A program made the position numbers and the translations under genes. A DNA stretch of 61,431 nt, counting the filler, from Circinaria calcarea (Eukaryota), in assembly GCA_051942165.1 (NCBI GenBank). It is 18 parts of 18 records of this genome, joined end to end, with 100 filler letters (N's around TTAATTAATTAA, not from the genome) between each part and the next. Parts side by side here need not be neighbours in the genome. Positions count along the whole stretch, not along the records: positions 37,675 to 40,985 come from JAVECS010002898.1; positions 41,086 to 44,396 come from JAVECS010002899.1; positions 44,497 to 47,807 come from JAVECS010002900.1; positions 47,908 to 51,218 come from JAVECS010002901.1; 14 more parts are not named here. One strand, 5' to 3'. This document shows positions 37,675 to 50,159 of this stretch, piece by piece. The notes beneath the pieces are model-generated. The model was not told the origin of the DNA. It was given only the letters and a program-made list of their open reading frames with translations, and did not search any database. Each line of letters opens with the position of its first letter. Within the stretch, counting starts at the first letter, position 1.

Positions 37675-38424
37675 GCTTGGCGCCGTCCACCGTGTCATCG
37701 CCGATTTGAGTTTTGCAAAGAATGTCGAAAAGGAGTGGGGGATAAAACATCGGATGGTGAACATGGACCTCGCCGGGGGTTGCCTGCTTGATTGTAAGAT
37801 GGTCTCCGTTATCCGTTTCCCCTTGTTATGCGAAGAATAGTAAACTAGATCGGGTTGATTAACATCCTTACAGTGGGCATCTACTCCATTACCTGGGTCT
37901 TCCAATGCTTATACCACACCTTACCCGCATCTTTGCGCAAACCTCCATCCGTTCTTGCTACAATGGAAAAATACGCCCCCACCGGGGTCGACGAAAAAAC
38001 CTCCATGCTCCTTACCTTCCCCTCCGCCCCTCACGGTGCACACTCGGCACACGGCATCGCCCTCACAAACTTCCGCGTCGCAACCGACGTCGACGGTAAA
38101 AACACCGCCAAACCCGCCATCCGGATTCAAGGCACCAGGGGTGAAATTCAGGTCGATGGTCCGGCATTCCGGCCCACGACATGGAGGTTCATCCACACAG
38201 ACGGGGAGGTGGAGGAAAAGGTGAACGAGATTCCGGGGGGGCATGGGATGTTCTGGGAAGCGGATGAGGCGGCCAGGTGTTTGCGGGATGGGAAAAAGCA
38301 GAGTGAGGGAATGGGTTGGGAGGAGAGCGTGGTGATTATGGAGACGATGGATGAGGTGAGGCGGCAGAATGGGTTGGTATATCCAGAGAAGATTGAGACA
38401 ACGGAGTATCCGGTGCAGTTGTAA
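37675..38424 (+). CDS. Gfo/Idh/MocA oxidoreductase (dihydrodiol/D-xylose dehydrogenase-like), 3' part
   Basis: HRMVNMDLAGGCLLD|LGIYSITW, IRIQGTRGEI, GMFWEADEAARCLRDGKKQS, MDEVRRQ. Confidence 0.88.
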
Positions 38425-38953
38425 GATTGAGGGGGGTTGATCGTGAATACCATCTGTAGATAGCTCAAGGGGAGGTGTATATGTGGTTTAAGTTGGGTAG
38501 AGATTGAAAACACATCGAGTGTCTGGGATACATGCCAAACAAAAACAACCGTACCCATCAGAATTGCGGGCTCAACCTCTCTTCATTTACCACCATCACC
38601 TAAGTAGAATCATTGCATTGATTCGCGCCGGCAGCGGATGACAATGACGGTGACTAGTCGAGTCCTTCCGTTCAAGCAGATACAAGATTCAGAAAGCCAA
38701 CAGCACAGTAGCATCAGAGGTTGCCGTGAAAGGAGAATTTCTCGACGATTCACGCCAGCACCCTCCATGACAGCGACCTAAGCCTAGCACTAACAGGAGT
38801 CCTATAAATACAAGACCCTCGGTTTCACTGTCCGTTTGTCGTCGAAACGCAGGGAATGAGTTGACTCTTTCGGTGCGGCTAGAAGGAGAGCGGGGAGAAA
38901 TTATTTACTGGACGCCAGGGTAGGGAACCAATAATTGGCGCCGTCATTGTCAG

Positions 38954-40065
38954 CTAAGGAAACATTATCGCTGGCGTGCTCCCAGTAGTTTCCATCAGAA
39001 TTACATCTGCCATGTTGATAGCATCCAGTTCTTCGTCGGCTGTATCGACGCGAAGGTGCCCCTCTTCATCCTCACTGAATTCGATATCCATCCTACCCAT
39101 GCAGGCGTCTTTTAGCTGCCCTAATTCTCTCTTTTTGTCTATCTCATCTAGAGTCGAGTCAATTTCACTCCTTTCACACTGTCTCAATAATGGCACCGTT
39201 CGAAGTTTAACTTCTAAAGCGTCCATTGCAGTGTCCATCCTCTCTAGGTAGACTAGAGATTATTCTTTCGGCAACCTTCTACAAACGCGAGCATCTTAAG
39301 CCCCAGTACGGTATATCAGAGTCGCTGGGGTTTGTCCGATCCACGATTCAATATGAATAGCGCCTCTGCCAATGATAGAGTGAGAAAATCACTAACCATA
39401 AAGCTTGCTCGATTGACACGCTTCTCTTCCTTCGGCAAAGCTGTGAGTAGTCCTCTCCAATCGCAGCTTATCTGAACCTCCGAGTAGTCAATCTTGAAGC
39501 CAGAAACCTCAGTGTCGTTCACGAACTGCCGAAGATGGACAAGCTGGGGCAGATTGGCCCAATAATCTTGTGGTCTGGTTGCCAAGACGAGTTTCAATAT
39601 CTTAAAAAGCTTTTTGCTATACCAATTATGGGCATCATATTGAGTGAGCTTGACAGATCGATCATCTTCATCTGCTAAACTCGAAAACGAGAATTCGACC
39701 ATTCTCGATTCACAGTATTCTTCAATATGCAAGCAGTCCGATGGCTTCCATTCTCAAAATTAATGTAAAAGGGTTGGGTTCATTTGTCATCTTTTCTTAT
39801 TACACGCGTCAGGTAGCAACTAGAACACTGTGGACATGAGATCTAAGTACTGACCAAGCCTGAATCTTATGCCAATTAACGAAATATGCCTTTTGATAAA
39901 ATTCGATTCCACCATTGCTCTCAATGCCGTAGATACATGGCGACAGTCTGTCCAGATATGGATGATGCCGGATCTGAGTTGCATTGCTCCAAGACCTTTA
40001 GGAAGATCTCGACCCGGAAAAACGTAGCAAATATCAACTGCTGCCATGATTTGCAAGGGGCGCAA
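38954..40065 (-). pseudogene. Fragmented hypothetical (F-box-like) gene, possibly pseudogene
   Basis: Three collinear minus-strand ORFs (W..CRHVS...R; HLRQFVNDTEVSGFKID...DWRGL); an in-frame TAA lies just before the last ORF. Confidence 0.35.
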
Positions 40066-40848
40066 GGACGCAAGTAAGAGAGAAATGGAGATTACACTTG
40101 AGCTCTAGCTACACGAAAGAGAAATCTCAAGATACAGAGAGTCCAATGATAATTCTAGCGGTGAGATACCTTCACGGTCCGGCCAAAAGCCACCGCAGGG
40201 AGGCCCAGACAACTCAACCGCTCCCTACAGCAGAGCCAGATTCATGTACGTTACTATCACCAAAGAGTACGTTTAAGCTCAATGGTTGTCAATATGTCTG
40301 AGACTCCAAGTATTTTTCAGGAACTTCGATCCCCTTGGATATCTTCTCCAGCGTTACATAGATACACTGCTGAATGTCAGGGATAGCTCCAACACCTGCC
40401 AAGACCAGGCAGGCTTCGGATCGGCAATATGGTACCACCGGGGAATTTCCATGTCGGCCAATGGCGGTCAACCAAAACAGCTACATAACGTCGAGATGTT
40501 CCATTTGGAATCAGGAGCAGGATTAGCAGAATGATCACGTAAGAGAGTGTTGCCATGTCGATCCTATCTGTTGGACCAGGATTAGTAACCTGCTTAGAAT
40601 AACCAATAGCCTCGACTAGGCACTGCAGTATCTATTCCCGCCAATATGACAGCTTCGTATCTTGTCAACCTGGGCTAAAAGAATTGGCTTACCGGCCCGG
40701 GATTCCTCAAGGGTCTCATCTGTCCCTTTAAATGGGTTGCATGTCTCGGTTCCTGTTGCTGAAGCTTTTGCTCTGCACTCTCATTCTTTATGCTGTGTCT
40801 CGCCTGCTGGGAGATATCGACGTTGGATTATACAAAGGTGCACGAAAA

Positions 40849-40985
40849 ATGCCTGTCAAGAAACGCTGTCTCCTCTGGGATTGGACCAACACCGATGGCG
40901 AAGGCCATGCCGGCGTTCCATGGGCCATGGATAATGTCAACTTTGATGGCCCCATATCTTCCGTGAGCAATTGGAATACCTGGAC
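40849..40985 (+). CDS. GH128/Asl1-like glycoside hydrolase N-terminus (truncated)
   Basis: MPVKKRCLLWDWTNT...ISSVSNWNTW resembles the fungal KR.L.W...NW start of GH128 proteins. Confidence 0.6.
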
Positions 40986-41866
40986 NNNNNNNNNNNNNNN
41001 NNNNNNNNNNNNNNNNNNNNNNNNNNNNNTTAATTAATTAANNNNNNNNNNNNNNNNNNNNNNNNNNNNNNNNNNNNNNNNNNNNAGAATGTATGGTGGC
41101 ATTACTACCTGAGTATGTAACTAAGTAACTACCTATGCTACGAAAAAGTGCTTTTATGGTGTGTGGAAGTGTTAAGCATGGACCTCCTAAGCAACACATG
41201 CTCGGTAAGCCCTATGACTTCCAACACTACACTATTCCAGTGCTTCCCTTCACATTCCAACACATATGAGCCCATCAACCCCCTTCTTTTTTATTCGATC
41301 TCAAGCCTTTCGTCGCACCATGGATCTGTGATTTTCCCTCGCTACCAACAAGCTTTTGGAATGCCCCTCCAAGTTGCTCCCGGACAATCTTGAGCTTAAA
41401 GTGGGGTTGGATGGTGGGTTGTGACGGGGCTGGGAAGGGAGAAGAAAACGTCAAAGGAAAAGGGGGAATTGAGAAGGAGAAGGGGAGTAGAGGTGGAGAG
41501 GGAGTGAGAGAAATTGATTAAATAGAAGAAAGTGGACAAAAGGGGCCATGATTAAGAAGTAAGCGTATAATACGGCCGAAAACACTTTTTTTTAAATAAA
41601 TAGCCGTTGGGATATTGAGTTTAAGACGCTAAACCTTACGGCTACTCTATGATTAAACGAGAACCTAATTAAGGCATTTAATATTAATTTGAAAGCAGCA
41701 TAAAACCCTATTCTATATTACTCCGTATCTATAATATAAGAGTAAGTACGATCTAATAAGAGAAAAAGAGCCTAAACACCAAAAACATAAAACCTGGGTT
41801 CGTTATCCTCACAAAATCTATCGGCCTAATTATCGATTATAAGCCGGAAAAACTGATGATCTTTAT

Positions 41867-43013
41867 TTAATATCCCGTTTCCGGAGGGATGAAGTTCTTG
41901 TTACAGATTTTTTGGAAATAGAGTTCTGATGCTTAAGCGTTAGCCCCAGAAGCACACTTTCCAGACCCACTGCCTCGGGTCGTGATGCAGACTCACCTGT
42001 AGCGGCACCGGCATAGCTTTCTGCAGTGTATGTCGGTGCCTGAAGTTCTTTTTGGCCGCCGTCAATCCTGATTCTAAGGCGGCGTGCGTCCGTAATAGGG
42101 GATGATCCTATGGAGTAGTCCAGTGTGCCGTGTTGACCATCCTCGTCCCTAATTAAATTAACATTCAGTGCTCTCTCTACAGAATATAGATTATAAGAAA
42201 ATGAGGTGCTTTACGCGTCTAGAGGAAACTTCTTAGCAACCGCGTCAAGATGGGTAATTTCGTGCAGAAGAATATGACCTAAGAAAGGGTTAGAACGGGG
42301 ACAGAAAATTATGAATATAAATTAAAGGTCGTCCTGGATGAGCTTGGGACGAACCGGCAGTAACATATTGTTTGTAATTAGTCTTTTTACAAAACTCGTC
42401 GGTCGCGTCCTGGCCGGAGGGTAGATCCTGGCTTGAGTCCGGCCCAGTCCAAAAGAGGGGACAGATCCAAATGGATTTGAGATCATTGTCTTCCTTGGGA
42501 ACTGTGGAATCGGTAATGGCATATCTTGAACTCAGTGTTAGTCGAAAAGGCTCTCCATATCGAGAGATAGTACTTACGTTTTTTTGCCGCAACTCTTCAG
42601 CACATCACCTGTTGGGTCGCAGTTGACAATGAATTGATATAGAGGATTCGTGGGGTCGTTGTTGCTGGCGACTGTGCTCATAGCAGACTTAAAAACTTTA
42701 AGCTCGTCGGCTTGAAAGTAATGCGAGTATCTGGTATTTCTGTGTTATAATAGGAATTATCCGGTTCAAGGATTGACGGGACAAACCCTAGACTAGAAAC
42801 GTCTGCTCCATAGTAGGCGTGAATTGCCAGACTCGCCATATCTGCAAGAGCTTTGCCAATTTTGGTGGTCTGTTTTTCATCGCACCCAAGAAGTGTGTTG
42901 AACCTCTTATTGAGAGGTGACAACGATCTCGGTGAAAGAACAGGCGCGGCATTGGTGTAGCTCATCCCAGAAACGAGAATCAGCCCCCACAGAAGCATTT
43001 CCTTGATGGGCAT
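41867..43013 (-). CDS. Secreted HEXXH zinc metallopeptidase-like protein (M35/deuterolysin-like; 6 exons)
   Basis: Signal peptide, LNKR Kex2-like site, YSHYF, IWICPLFW, HILLHEITHL, AESYAGAAT-ELYFQKIC...GY* after splicing. Confidence 0.78.
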
Positions 43014-45430
43014 GTTGTTTTGTGCTTCCCGTTAAGTAAAATTCTAGTGTCTCTGGGGACTGATGGAAATAGGCTTAGAAATACTAAAGAGGCTGGCACT
43101 GACTGCTGAGTTGGGAAAGAATGCAGAGTACCTTTGTATTTATATTCTGAAGACCCACTCAGATAGGGCACCTTACTTCATATCTGCTGTTCCTTGGGAT
43201 GCCTCCAGCGGCATGGTAAGGCTGAGCTGTAGGCATAACGCCGAAACGCTCACGATCTCTGCATTGCGAGGATCAATGTGAGCTGAAGGGGCTGAAATGC
43301 CAATTGCGGCTTTGGGCATGTGGTTCAGTGCTTACCTTTCTTAATCCAGAACCCGAAATCAAGTGCAATGCTCTCATGTCTCTTTCTTAAAATAGTGCGG
43401 CGAGACCGCACACTGCCTAGGTATTGGACATTATATTGCCAGTGTTTAATGGAAACATTATTTGCCTCTTATCTGCGTTTCAGCTTTCGTGATCACTTGA
43501 TCGTAGCTGCTCAATAAGAAGAGGAGAAAAATATATTTTGGTATCCTGCGCCACATAATGGCTTCCGAATGCTGGTCAGGCAGTGCCTGTGCTATGCAGG
43601 ATCTACTGCTGTCGCGACCAGCTGATACCAATGATTCCTAGAGCTCGGGTAAACTGACCGAGTAACTGGACCATAACTGCCTAAGTAGTTTAGAATCTCA
43701 AAATAGGCACAGAGTATCACAGTTGCGGTTTTGCCACTTTTATTAAAAGGTGTTTCATGATCGACTTTAATAGGACGTGATTGAACTGCCTTGCCTTATG
43801 GGGTAGGGGGAAATCATATTTGGGGTTGACTTTGTAGACTATTACTTGCTGCCTAAACCGTGTCACCCTCAGTTCCTCGTGGTGATTGGTGATGGCGGGT
43901 TGGTGGGATGGTAAACCACCTGCACCCGTTAAACTGGGTACCACAGTTCGGGCGCCTAAGCCAATAATTTAAGGGTTATGCAGGCAATATCACCTGTGTG
44001 CGTGGCACAGTTCGAGCCCCCTCAGCCAATAGAATATTCTAAGATTTCCTGAGGCATACCTGATATGATCACTGCTGGAGAAGCTTGACTGCGGATGCTA
44101 TGAAGCTTATGTCACGCTTGGGCACCCATCCTCTTTCTGATATATTGATTCTGTTTAGTATTAAGCTCTCTCATCTTTTGTCGCCTGCTGACCTTTCCCC
44201 TTCCATCAATACTCTCCCCCTCACTCACCATAGCGTTCACATGTAGTCTTCCTTACTTTTACCCTCTTTCCCAACCTTTTCCTGCGCTGCGGCTCAGGTT
44301 TCCTGAAGCACTGTTTCTAACGGATTAACGACAAAGTCCAGCCATCTGTTAAAGATGTCAGGTAGAGGTATACCTGGAGGGGGGCTTGTCCGAAAGNNNN
44401 NNNNNNNNNNNNNNNNNNNNNNNNNNNNNNNNNNNNNNNNTTAATTAATTAANNNNNNNNNNNNNNNNNNNNNNNNNNNNNNNNNNNNNNNNNNNNCCTC
44501 AACACTGTTGGTACCGCGAGTATGATCGATCGGAACGGGCAGAGTTTAGCCAAGGCGGCAGATAATGTGAATGTTTTTCCGAATAATATCGCGCTTTTCA
44601 GGAGTGATTAGAGATGAGATGGGGGCCTTTTGGGAGCCGGTTATAGACGTGTTATATCTATGATGATAGGGGGTTCGAAGCTTTTGTAAATAAAATCCTC
44701 TTCCTAGATTATATTCTGTACATCGTTGTTGGTCACTGTCATATTGAATTGGCCGATATTGACATATTGACTTTATACAGCATATTTTACTGTATACAGC
44801 TTATATTGTTATAATCTGTACGCCTTTGTCACGGCCAAAAGAAACATCAATTCCATACCCCCTTTTGTATTATTACACTTGATAATACGGAGTGGGTTGT
44901 TATTCGAACCTCAATATACAATCTTGGCGGATGTTTTTACTTTGTTGATCATTCATCAGTTGGGACTAATTCTCTCCTTTTGACGCTTTCAACTACTCGA
45001 ACCCCGCCGTCTCCAATTTTGTTTGGGGGGGGGGGCGGTTTACATCCTTTGGTCTTTGAGCCAATTCCTACACCTCCATTCGTTCAGTCAAGTTCGACTG
45101 ATTAGATCCATTTTGTCTCTGAATCCCTGTTGAAAGTTTCACTCTCCTCCACCAGATTTTTCACATTCCCCCGTTTGGATCTTCACTACCTTTTCATCCC
45201 AAGATCCACATCCCACATTTTCTTCAAGCAGGAGCTTAAGTAAACCTGAACCTCTTGACGATGTTCCCCGTCCCCGTGCCCGTCCCTGAGCCTCTTATAA
45301 CCAATACAAAAGAGAGCTTTCCAGGTTTCTTTTCTCTCAGTTAAAAAATCCCATCTCGCCGGAACTCCACCAATGGCGAAAGTAAGACCGGTTTAAACGT
45401 TTGCTGAGTATGACAAGGGGGATGTGCATG

Positions 45431-46119
45431 TGTAAGGGCGCTGCAATCCTTGGGGCCTATTGAGGAATATGATAAGTCCCGATTGGTGATAGCACGGTTA
45501 CATAGGGTGTAGTTGAACTGTTGCCCTAGGCTCAATACATAAAGGAATACATTGAACTCGTTATGGTTCTATAAACATGCTATTCTAATGAGCGACGAAT
45601 AGCTTGTTTATATAATCTCTTGAGCAACCTGAGCACCATGAGCACTGCCCTGCTCACTCCGCTCTACTTGCTCACCCGAGCACCCTGAGCACCTTGAGCA
45701 CTGCTCTGCTCGCTCTGCTCACTCTGCTCCGTCACGTGTGGTGAACCCGCTAGTCCATTCTTGGCTCTGGACCCTGAGTATGGCGTGGCGCCATAACATA
45801 AATCCCGATTGGTGATAGCACGGTTATATAAAATATAATTAAACTATTGCCCTAGGCTCAATATAAAAGGAGTATATTAAACTCGTTATAGTTTTATAAG
45901 TGTATTATTCTAAAGAGTGCCGAATAATCTGCCTATATAATAATAACGCTCCCTAGTGATCTTATTGCTCTTTGAGATCCCTGGGAGCCGTCGGGAGCAA
46001 AACACGTGATGTGCTCCTATTATTCTTTATCAAGTCCTGGGAGCACCTGGGAGCGCTTGGCTCCCTGGTTCCTCCGTTCCGGCACTCGGCCTGCCAGGGT
46101 ATGGCGTCGCGCCATAACA
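45431..46119. mobile_element. Two tandem solo-LTR-like units with RIP-type divergence
   Basis: ~145-bp direct repeat at 45473-45616 and 45799-45941; both units end GTATGGCGTnGCGCCATAACA (45798, 46119); the first begins TGTAAGGG (TG...CA termini). Confidence 0.7.
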
Positions 46120-46666
46120 AAATTATTCGAAAGAACGTTTAGAGCGAGTATTGTAAGCCATGTTTAATCTTATTAATCGGTTTTTAATATATTTGAAAAA
46201 ATCACTGTTCACGCAAAAATATTGTTCCCCTTATTGAAAAGGCTGGATGAATTCCTCAGACTGCGTTTCGCGCGCACGCTATTTTTAGCATCTACAGCCA
46301 TTCCGGAAAATACGCGGCAGCGAAGCAAAAGCAGTCTGAGCTTCTGAGACAATTACACCACATGACAATTAGCTATGATTCAGAAACATGCAAAGGACAC
46401 ATGAATTTTATTTGTGACTTTAGATTTGAGAACCTGAGCGGCTTTTGGTGAGCATGTTGTGCCTCGTCTTGCATATGTACACAACCATAATTGACTTGCT
46501 TCAGGCGTAGGACCTCGGATTCCATACGGTGCTCTGTTCACAACTCGGGCGAAGGTCAATCCTCACAACCGCCTTATCTTAGAGTTACTGTCTGGGATTT
46601 TGCAACGCATGCCTTACTCTTATAACTGTTCTTCGAACGACTCTGGTTGAACAACCGCTCGTAGGC

Positions 46667-47470
46667 ATGGATGGTGATGACTATTTCGACGAGAGGGACT
46701 GTCCCAGCTTCCCTTTAGACGTGGATGACCTCTTGGAAAAGAATCAACGTTTACAGCGGCGGATATGCGCACTCGGAAGGAAGTATGCTGCGGCTTACAA
46801 AGCGCTTGAGGAAGCAAGAGAAGCTCTGGGATATTATGCGAACCCATTACCTTTCCTCCAATTTCCTCGAGGGATTCGGGACCAGATATATACATACGCC
46901 CTTCAAGCTCCGGTCACGGTCCGTACTCATCCTATCCCGGCTATATACACAAGCATCAGTGTGTTCAAGCCTCCTACGCCTGGGATGCTTCTGGTAAATC
47001 GCCAGGTGTACCGCGAGGCGAAAGAAATCCTCTACTCAAGGAACACCTTCGCCTTCTCTGAAACAAAACATATGCATGATTTTTTGGAGCAAATCGGCAA
47101 TGAAAACAAGGACCGCATCCAGTCAATATCCTTCACGGTTGATTACACTCGTAAACCGCCACACGCTGACCCGAATCATGAGAGTGGAAATGAGCCTCAC
47201 AACTGGGCAAACATTTTAGTAAACGGCGACCTTAAAAATATTACGAAGATGCATGTTCAAGGCGAAATCATCGACGGAGCACCCTGGATGCTGCTTGTCA
47301 TGGATCCAGTCATGGAGTTTGCCATTAAAAATGTTCTACAGCGTAGCCCAGGCAACGAAGCTCTCCGGAAATTGAAGCTCACAGGATATAATTGGAATGC
47401 GTGCAAGAAGTTTCCACAGAACTGGGAGATTATAACAAAGCAATGGGAAGAGCCGGACGAGGAGGAGTGA
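46667..47470 (+). CDS. Fungal F-box-like hypothetical protein
   Basis: Intact 267-aa ORF with PFLQFPRGIRDQIYTYAL and MLLVNRQVYREAKEILYSRNTFAF motifs. Confidence 0.75.
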   Translation: MDGDDYFDERDCPSFPLDVDDLLEKNQRLQRRICALGRKYAAAYKALEEAREALGYYANPLPFLQFPRGIRDQIYTYALQAPVTVRTHPIPAIYTSISVFKPPTPGMLLVNRQVYREAKEILYSRNTFAFSETKHMHDFLEQIGNENKDRIQSISFTVDYTRKPPHADPNHESGNEPHNWANILVNGDLKNITKMHVQGEIIDGAPWMLLVMDPVMEFAIKNVLQRSPGNEALRKLKLTGYNWNACKKFPQNWEIITKQWEEPDEEE

Positions 47471-47907
47471 GGCATGGATGGATATGCGGAGTATGACGAA
47501 GAGAATGAAGAGTCTGATGTCAATAGTGAATTACCACGAGCGATATTGTAGTAGCTATGAGGTATTGGGAGGATTACGTAGTTGAACGTCCAAAGGCTAT
47601 ACTACACAGGTAGCGCCGTATTAAGAGACCTAAGTTACCAATCGAATAAGGACTTCTTTATCTATGAGACGTGGGTAAAGAGGTGAGGAAGGAGAGGAGT
47701 CTGCGTTACTGCTGGCTTGTGAAATTCTGGAAGTACTTGAACGAAAGCTACCCAACTGCAGTAGCTAGTGGACACTCCCATATCACGAATACTTGCTTGC
47801 TGAATCCNNNNNNNNNNNNNNNNNNNNNNNNNNNNNNNNNNNNNNNNNNNNTTAATTAATTAANNNNNNNNNNNNNNNNNNNNNNNNNNNNNNNNNNNNN
47901 NNNNNNN

Positions 47908-49011
47908 TGGCATTACGCTCAAACATTACGCATATTATAACATGTCTCGCCGGACTCAACTCACCACGAAGTATACCTTCCAGGTTCTTGCGCAGTTGTC
48001 TGAAAATTTCATCTTCATCTATCTTGGCCTCACTCTATTCACGGAAAAAACCTTGATTTTCAAGCCCCTATTCATCCTCATCACCGTCCTTGGCATCTGC
48101 GTCGCCCGCTATATTGCGGTATTCCCTCTGTCTAGACTCATCAACTGGTCAATCCGGTTTCGAGCAAGAAGGCGTGGAAGGGAAGTTGCTGACGAGCTTC
48201 CCCATTCTTACCAGGTGATGTTGTTCTGGGCTGGATTACGGGGTGCTGTTGGTGTGGCTCTTGCTGCAGGTTTACAAGGATCTACCGAGAACGTCAAAGC
48301 ACTAAAAGCTACCGTCCTAGTTGTTGTTGTGTTAACGGTAATCATTTTCGGTGGAACGACCGCAAGAATGTTGGAAATTATGGGTATCCGGACCGGAGTA
48401 GTGGAAGAGGTCGACTCGGATGATGAATTTGATATCGAGACTGCCACTAATGGAACATACTACAAGAGGAGTGGAACAGCGTTTGGACACACACCCATCC
48501 GAATGACTTCTCGGTCGTCCCATTGGGTAAGATTGATTCTCGCTCCAATGGAAATGGAGAGGCTTGGGAGGGTAGTTACAGCAGCGGTAACAACAGCCAA
48601 AGTCCGCCAATAAGGTCCACCTCTGCCAGTACTGGAAGAAAGAACTTGTCACTTAACCAGAGAGACCGGGATGCAGCGGAGCAGGTGTTGCTGAGTCAAG
48701 AGAGTAACACGCCTAGCGAGGAAGACTTTTTCTCGGACAGCGATTTACCTCCGGCAGCTCCCCGACGGTCTCCCAAGAGGAGACCATCTCCACCGCCAGG
48801 AAACATATCGCAGCCGCCCTATCCAACTTCAGGAAGCGTCCAACCAGCTCCCGCCGGAGAACCTACTCTGACGGCGACTGGCGCTATAAGAGAATTTTTT
48901 GCTAGCACTTCAGATGACCATGCAGCATGGTTTACCCAGCTTGACGAAGGCTTTATCAAACCCAAGCTACTCTTAGACCAGAGCAGCAAGGGTGGCGGTA
49001 GTGGTGTATAG
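47908..49011 (+). CDS. NHX1: Endosomal Na+/H+ exchanger Nhx1, 3' part, with apparent frameshift near 48490
   Basis: GITLKHYAYYNMSRRTQLTTKY, SENFIFIYLG, MLFWAGLRGAVGVALA, GGTTARML; the conserved-looking tail WFTQLDEGFIKPKLLLD is in another frame. Confidence 0.92.
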
Positions 49012-49088
49012 TTTTGGGTAAGGTCCCGTCTTTTTGTGTACACGATACCAGAGGGCGGATTGCTGGACGGGCGTTGAACCTGGACAGC

Positions 49089-49119
49089 TGGCGCAAGCTT
49101 TGGCGCAAGCTTTGGCGCA
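49089..49119 (+). repeat. 12-bp tandem repeat (TGGCGCAAGCTT x ~2.5)
   Basis: tggcgcaagctttggcgcaagctttggcgca downstream of NHX1. Confidence 0.85.
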
Positions 49120-50159
49120 GGACATGTGCAGGGCGGATGACATGTTTTATTAGACCGACGCCCAGATGTAGCTTTAGATCTACGATGAACCGTATCTTTT
49201 CAGTTACGAGTCGCCACTACTGGCGATCTCCATACATCGCAATGAAAGTCTCTTTTTCATCGTGACTTGTGGCAATAGCTCTTGTCTGGTTCCCTATGCT
49301 ACAATCAGAAGGGTCTGGTTGAGACAACGCGCCGGCGGACTTGATCTTTGGTGGACAGCAACGAACGTCGCATCCAGACGCGGAGGCTAGCTTAAGGTAA
49401 ATGAAAGGCACAATCGATAAGACTAGGACGCGCCGCAATTGAGCGAATCTGGACCAGATCCCGTGAAACGACCGAGAACAGCATTCCCTGCGAATAAGCA
49501 ACAGAGCTGGCTCCAAAGCAGCAGATACAGTAGAAGACAGATAGTAGTCGTTTGGATGATAGAACAATAGTAGCATTCACCACTGAGTCTCACGGTGAAA
49601 TAGGGTTAGCCTATTAATGATAATAAACCATCTCAGACCGGAAGTGCTGCGCGGGAGGTCCACCATTGGAAAAAGTTTGCGCGAAAATACAAAGAGGTCG
49701 TCAATTTCTAATGAGCTATTCGGCATCATCATGCGAAAGGGACGAGGCCTTCTGGCACCCAATGTGTCTGTCACATACACCACCTTCCGCCACACCCACC
49801 ATATACCATCGTCCGAGGACAAATCCGGCATCGTCATTTGGCAAGACCAGACGAATCTTACGGATGCAACGCATTACAGCACTTGCAACACGACTTCCAG
49901 CTCCGAGCCACGCGTGACATTCTAGGGAGGATCATAGAGGTCAACGCTCGTGCGCCCGCCTCTGAAAACCTCGAGCATCCTTCACCCGTGGTCCACTTTC
50001 TTCATCATCATCGTCCACCTCCCAGAACCAAAGGCTCAGCTTGGTCTCTACAAGAGTTTCACGGCAGTGTGGTGTCGCTGTCGATAAAACAAAGGACCAA
50101 TCCTACCTCTATCGGAACCTGTTGCTTAGGGGCTGCCATGCTGCACACCCACCTCGATT

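Noticed and set aside
41241..41440. Degenerate C-rich/G-rich inverted similarity as a MITE
   Set aside because: Match is low-complexity and termini cannot be defined by eye.
46255..46340. 10-bp inverted repeat CTCAGACTGC/GCAGTCTGAG as a mini-MITE
   Set aside because: Too short, no TSD and no second copy in the window.
49595..49612. TAGGGTTAG as a telomere or telomerase RNA template (also TTAGGGTT at ~52044)
   Set aside because: Single short occurrences in promoter regions with no tandem array or supporting structure.
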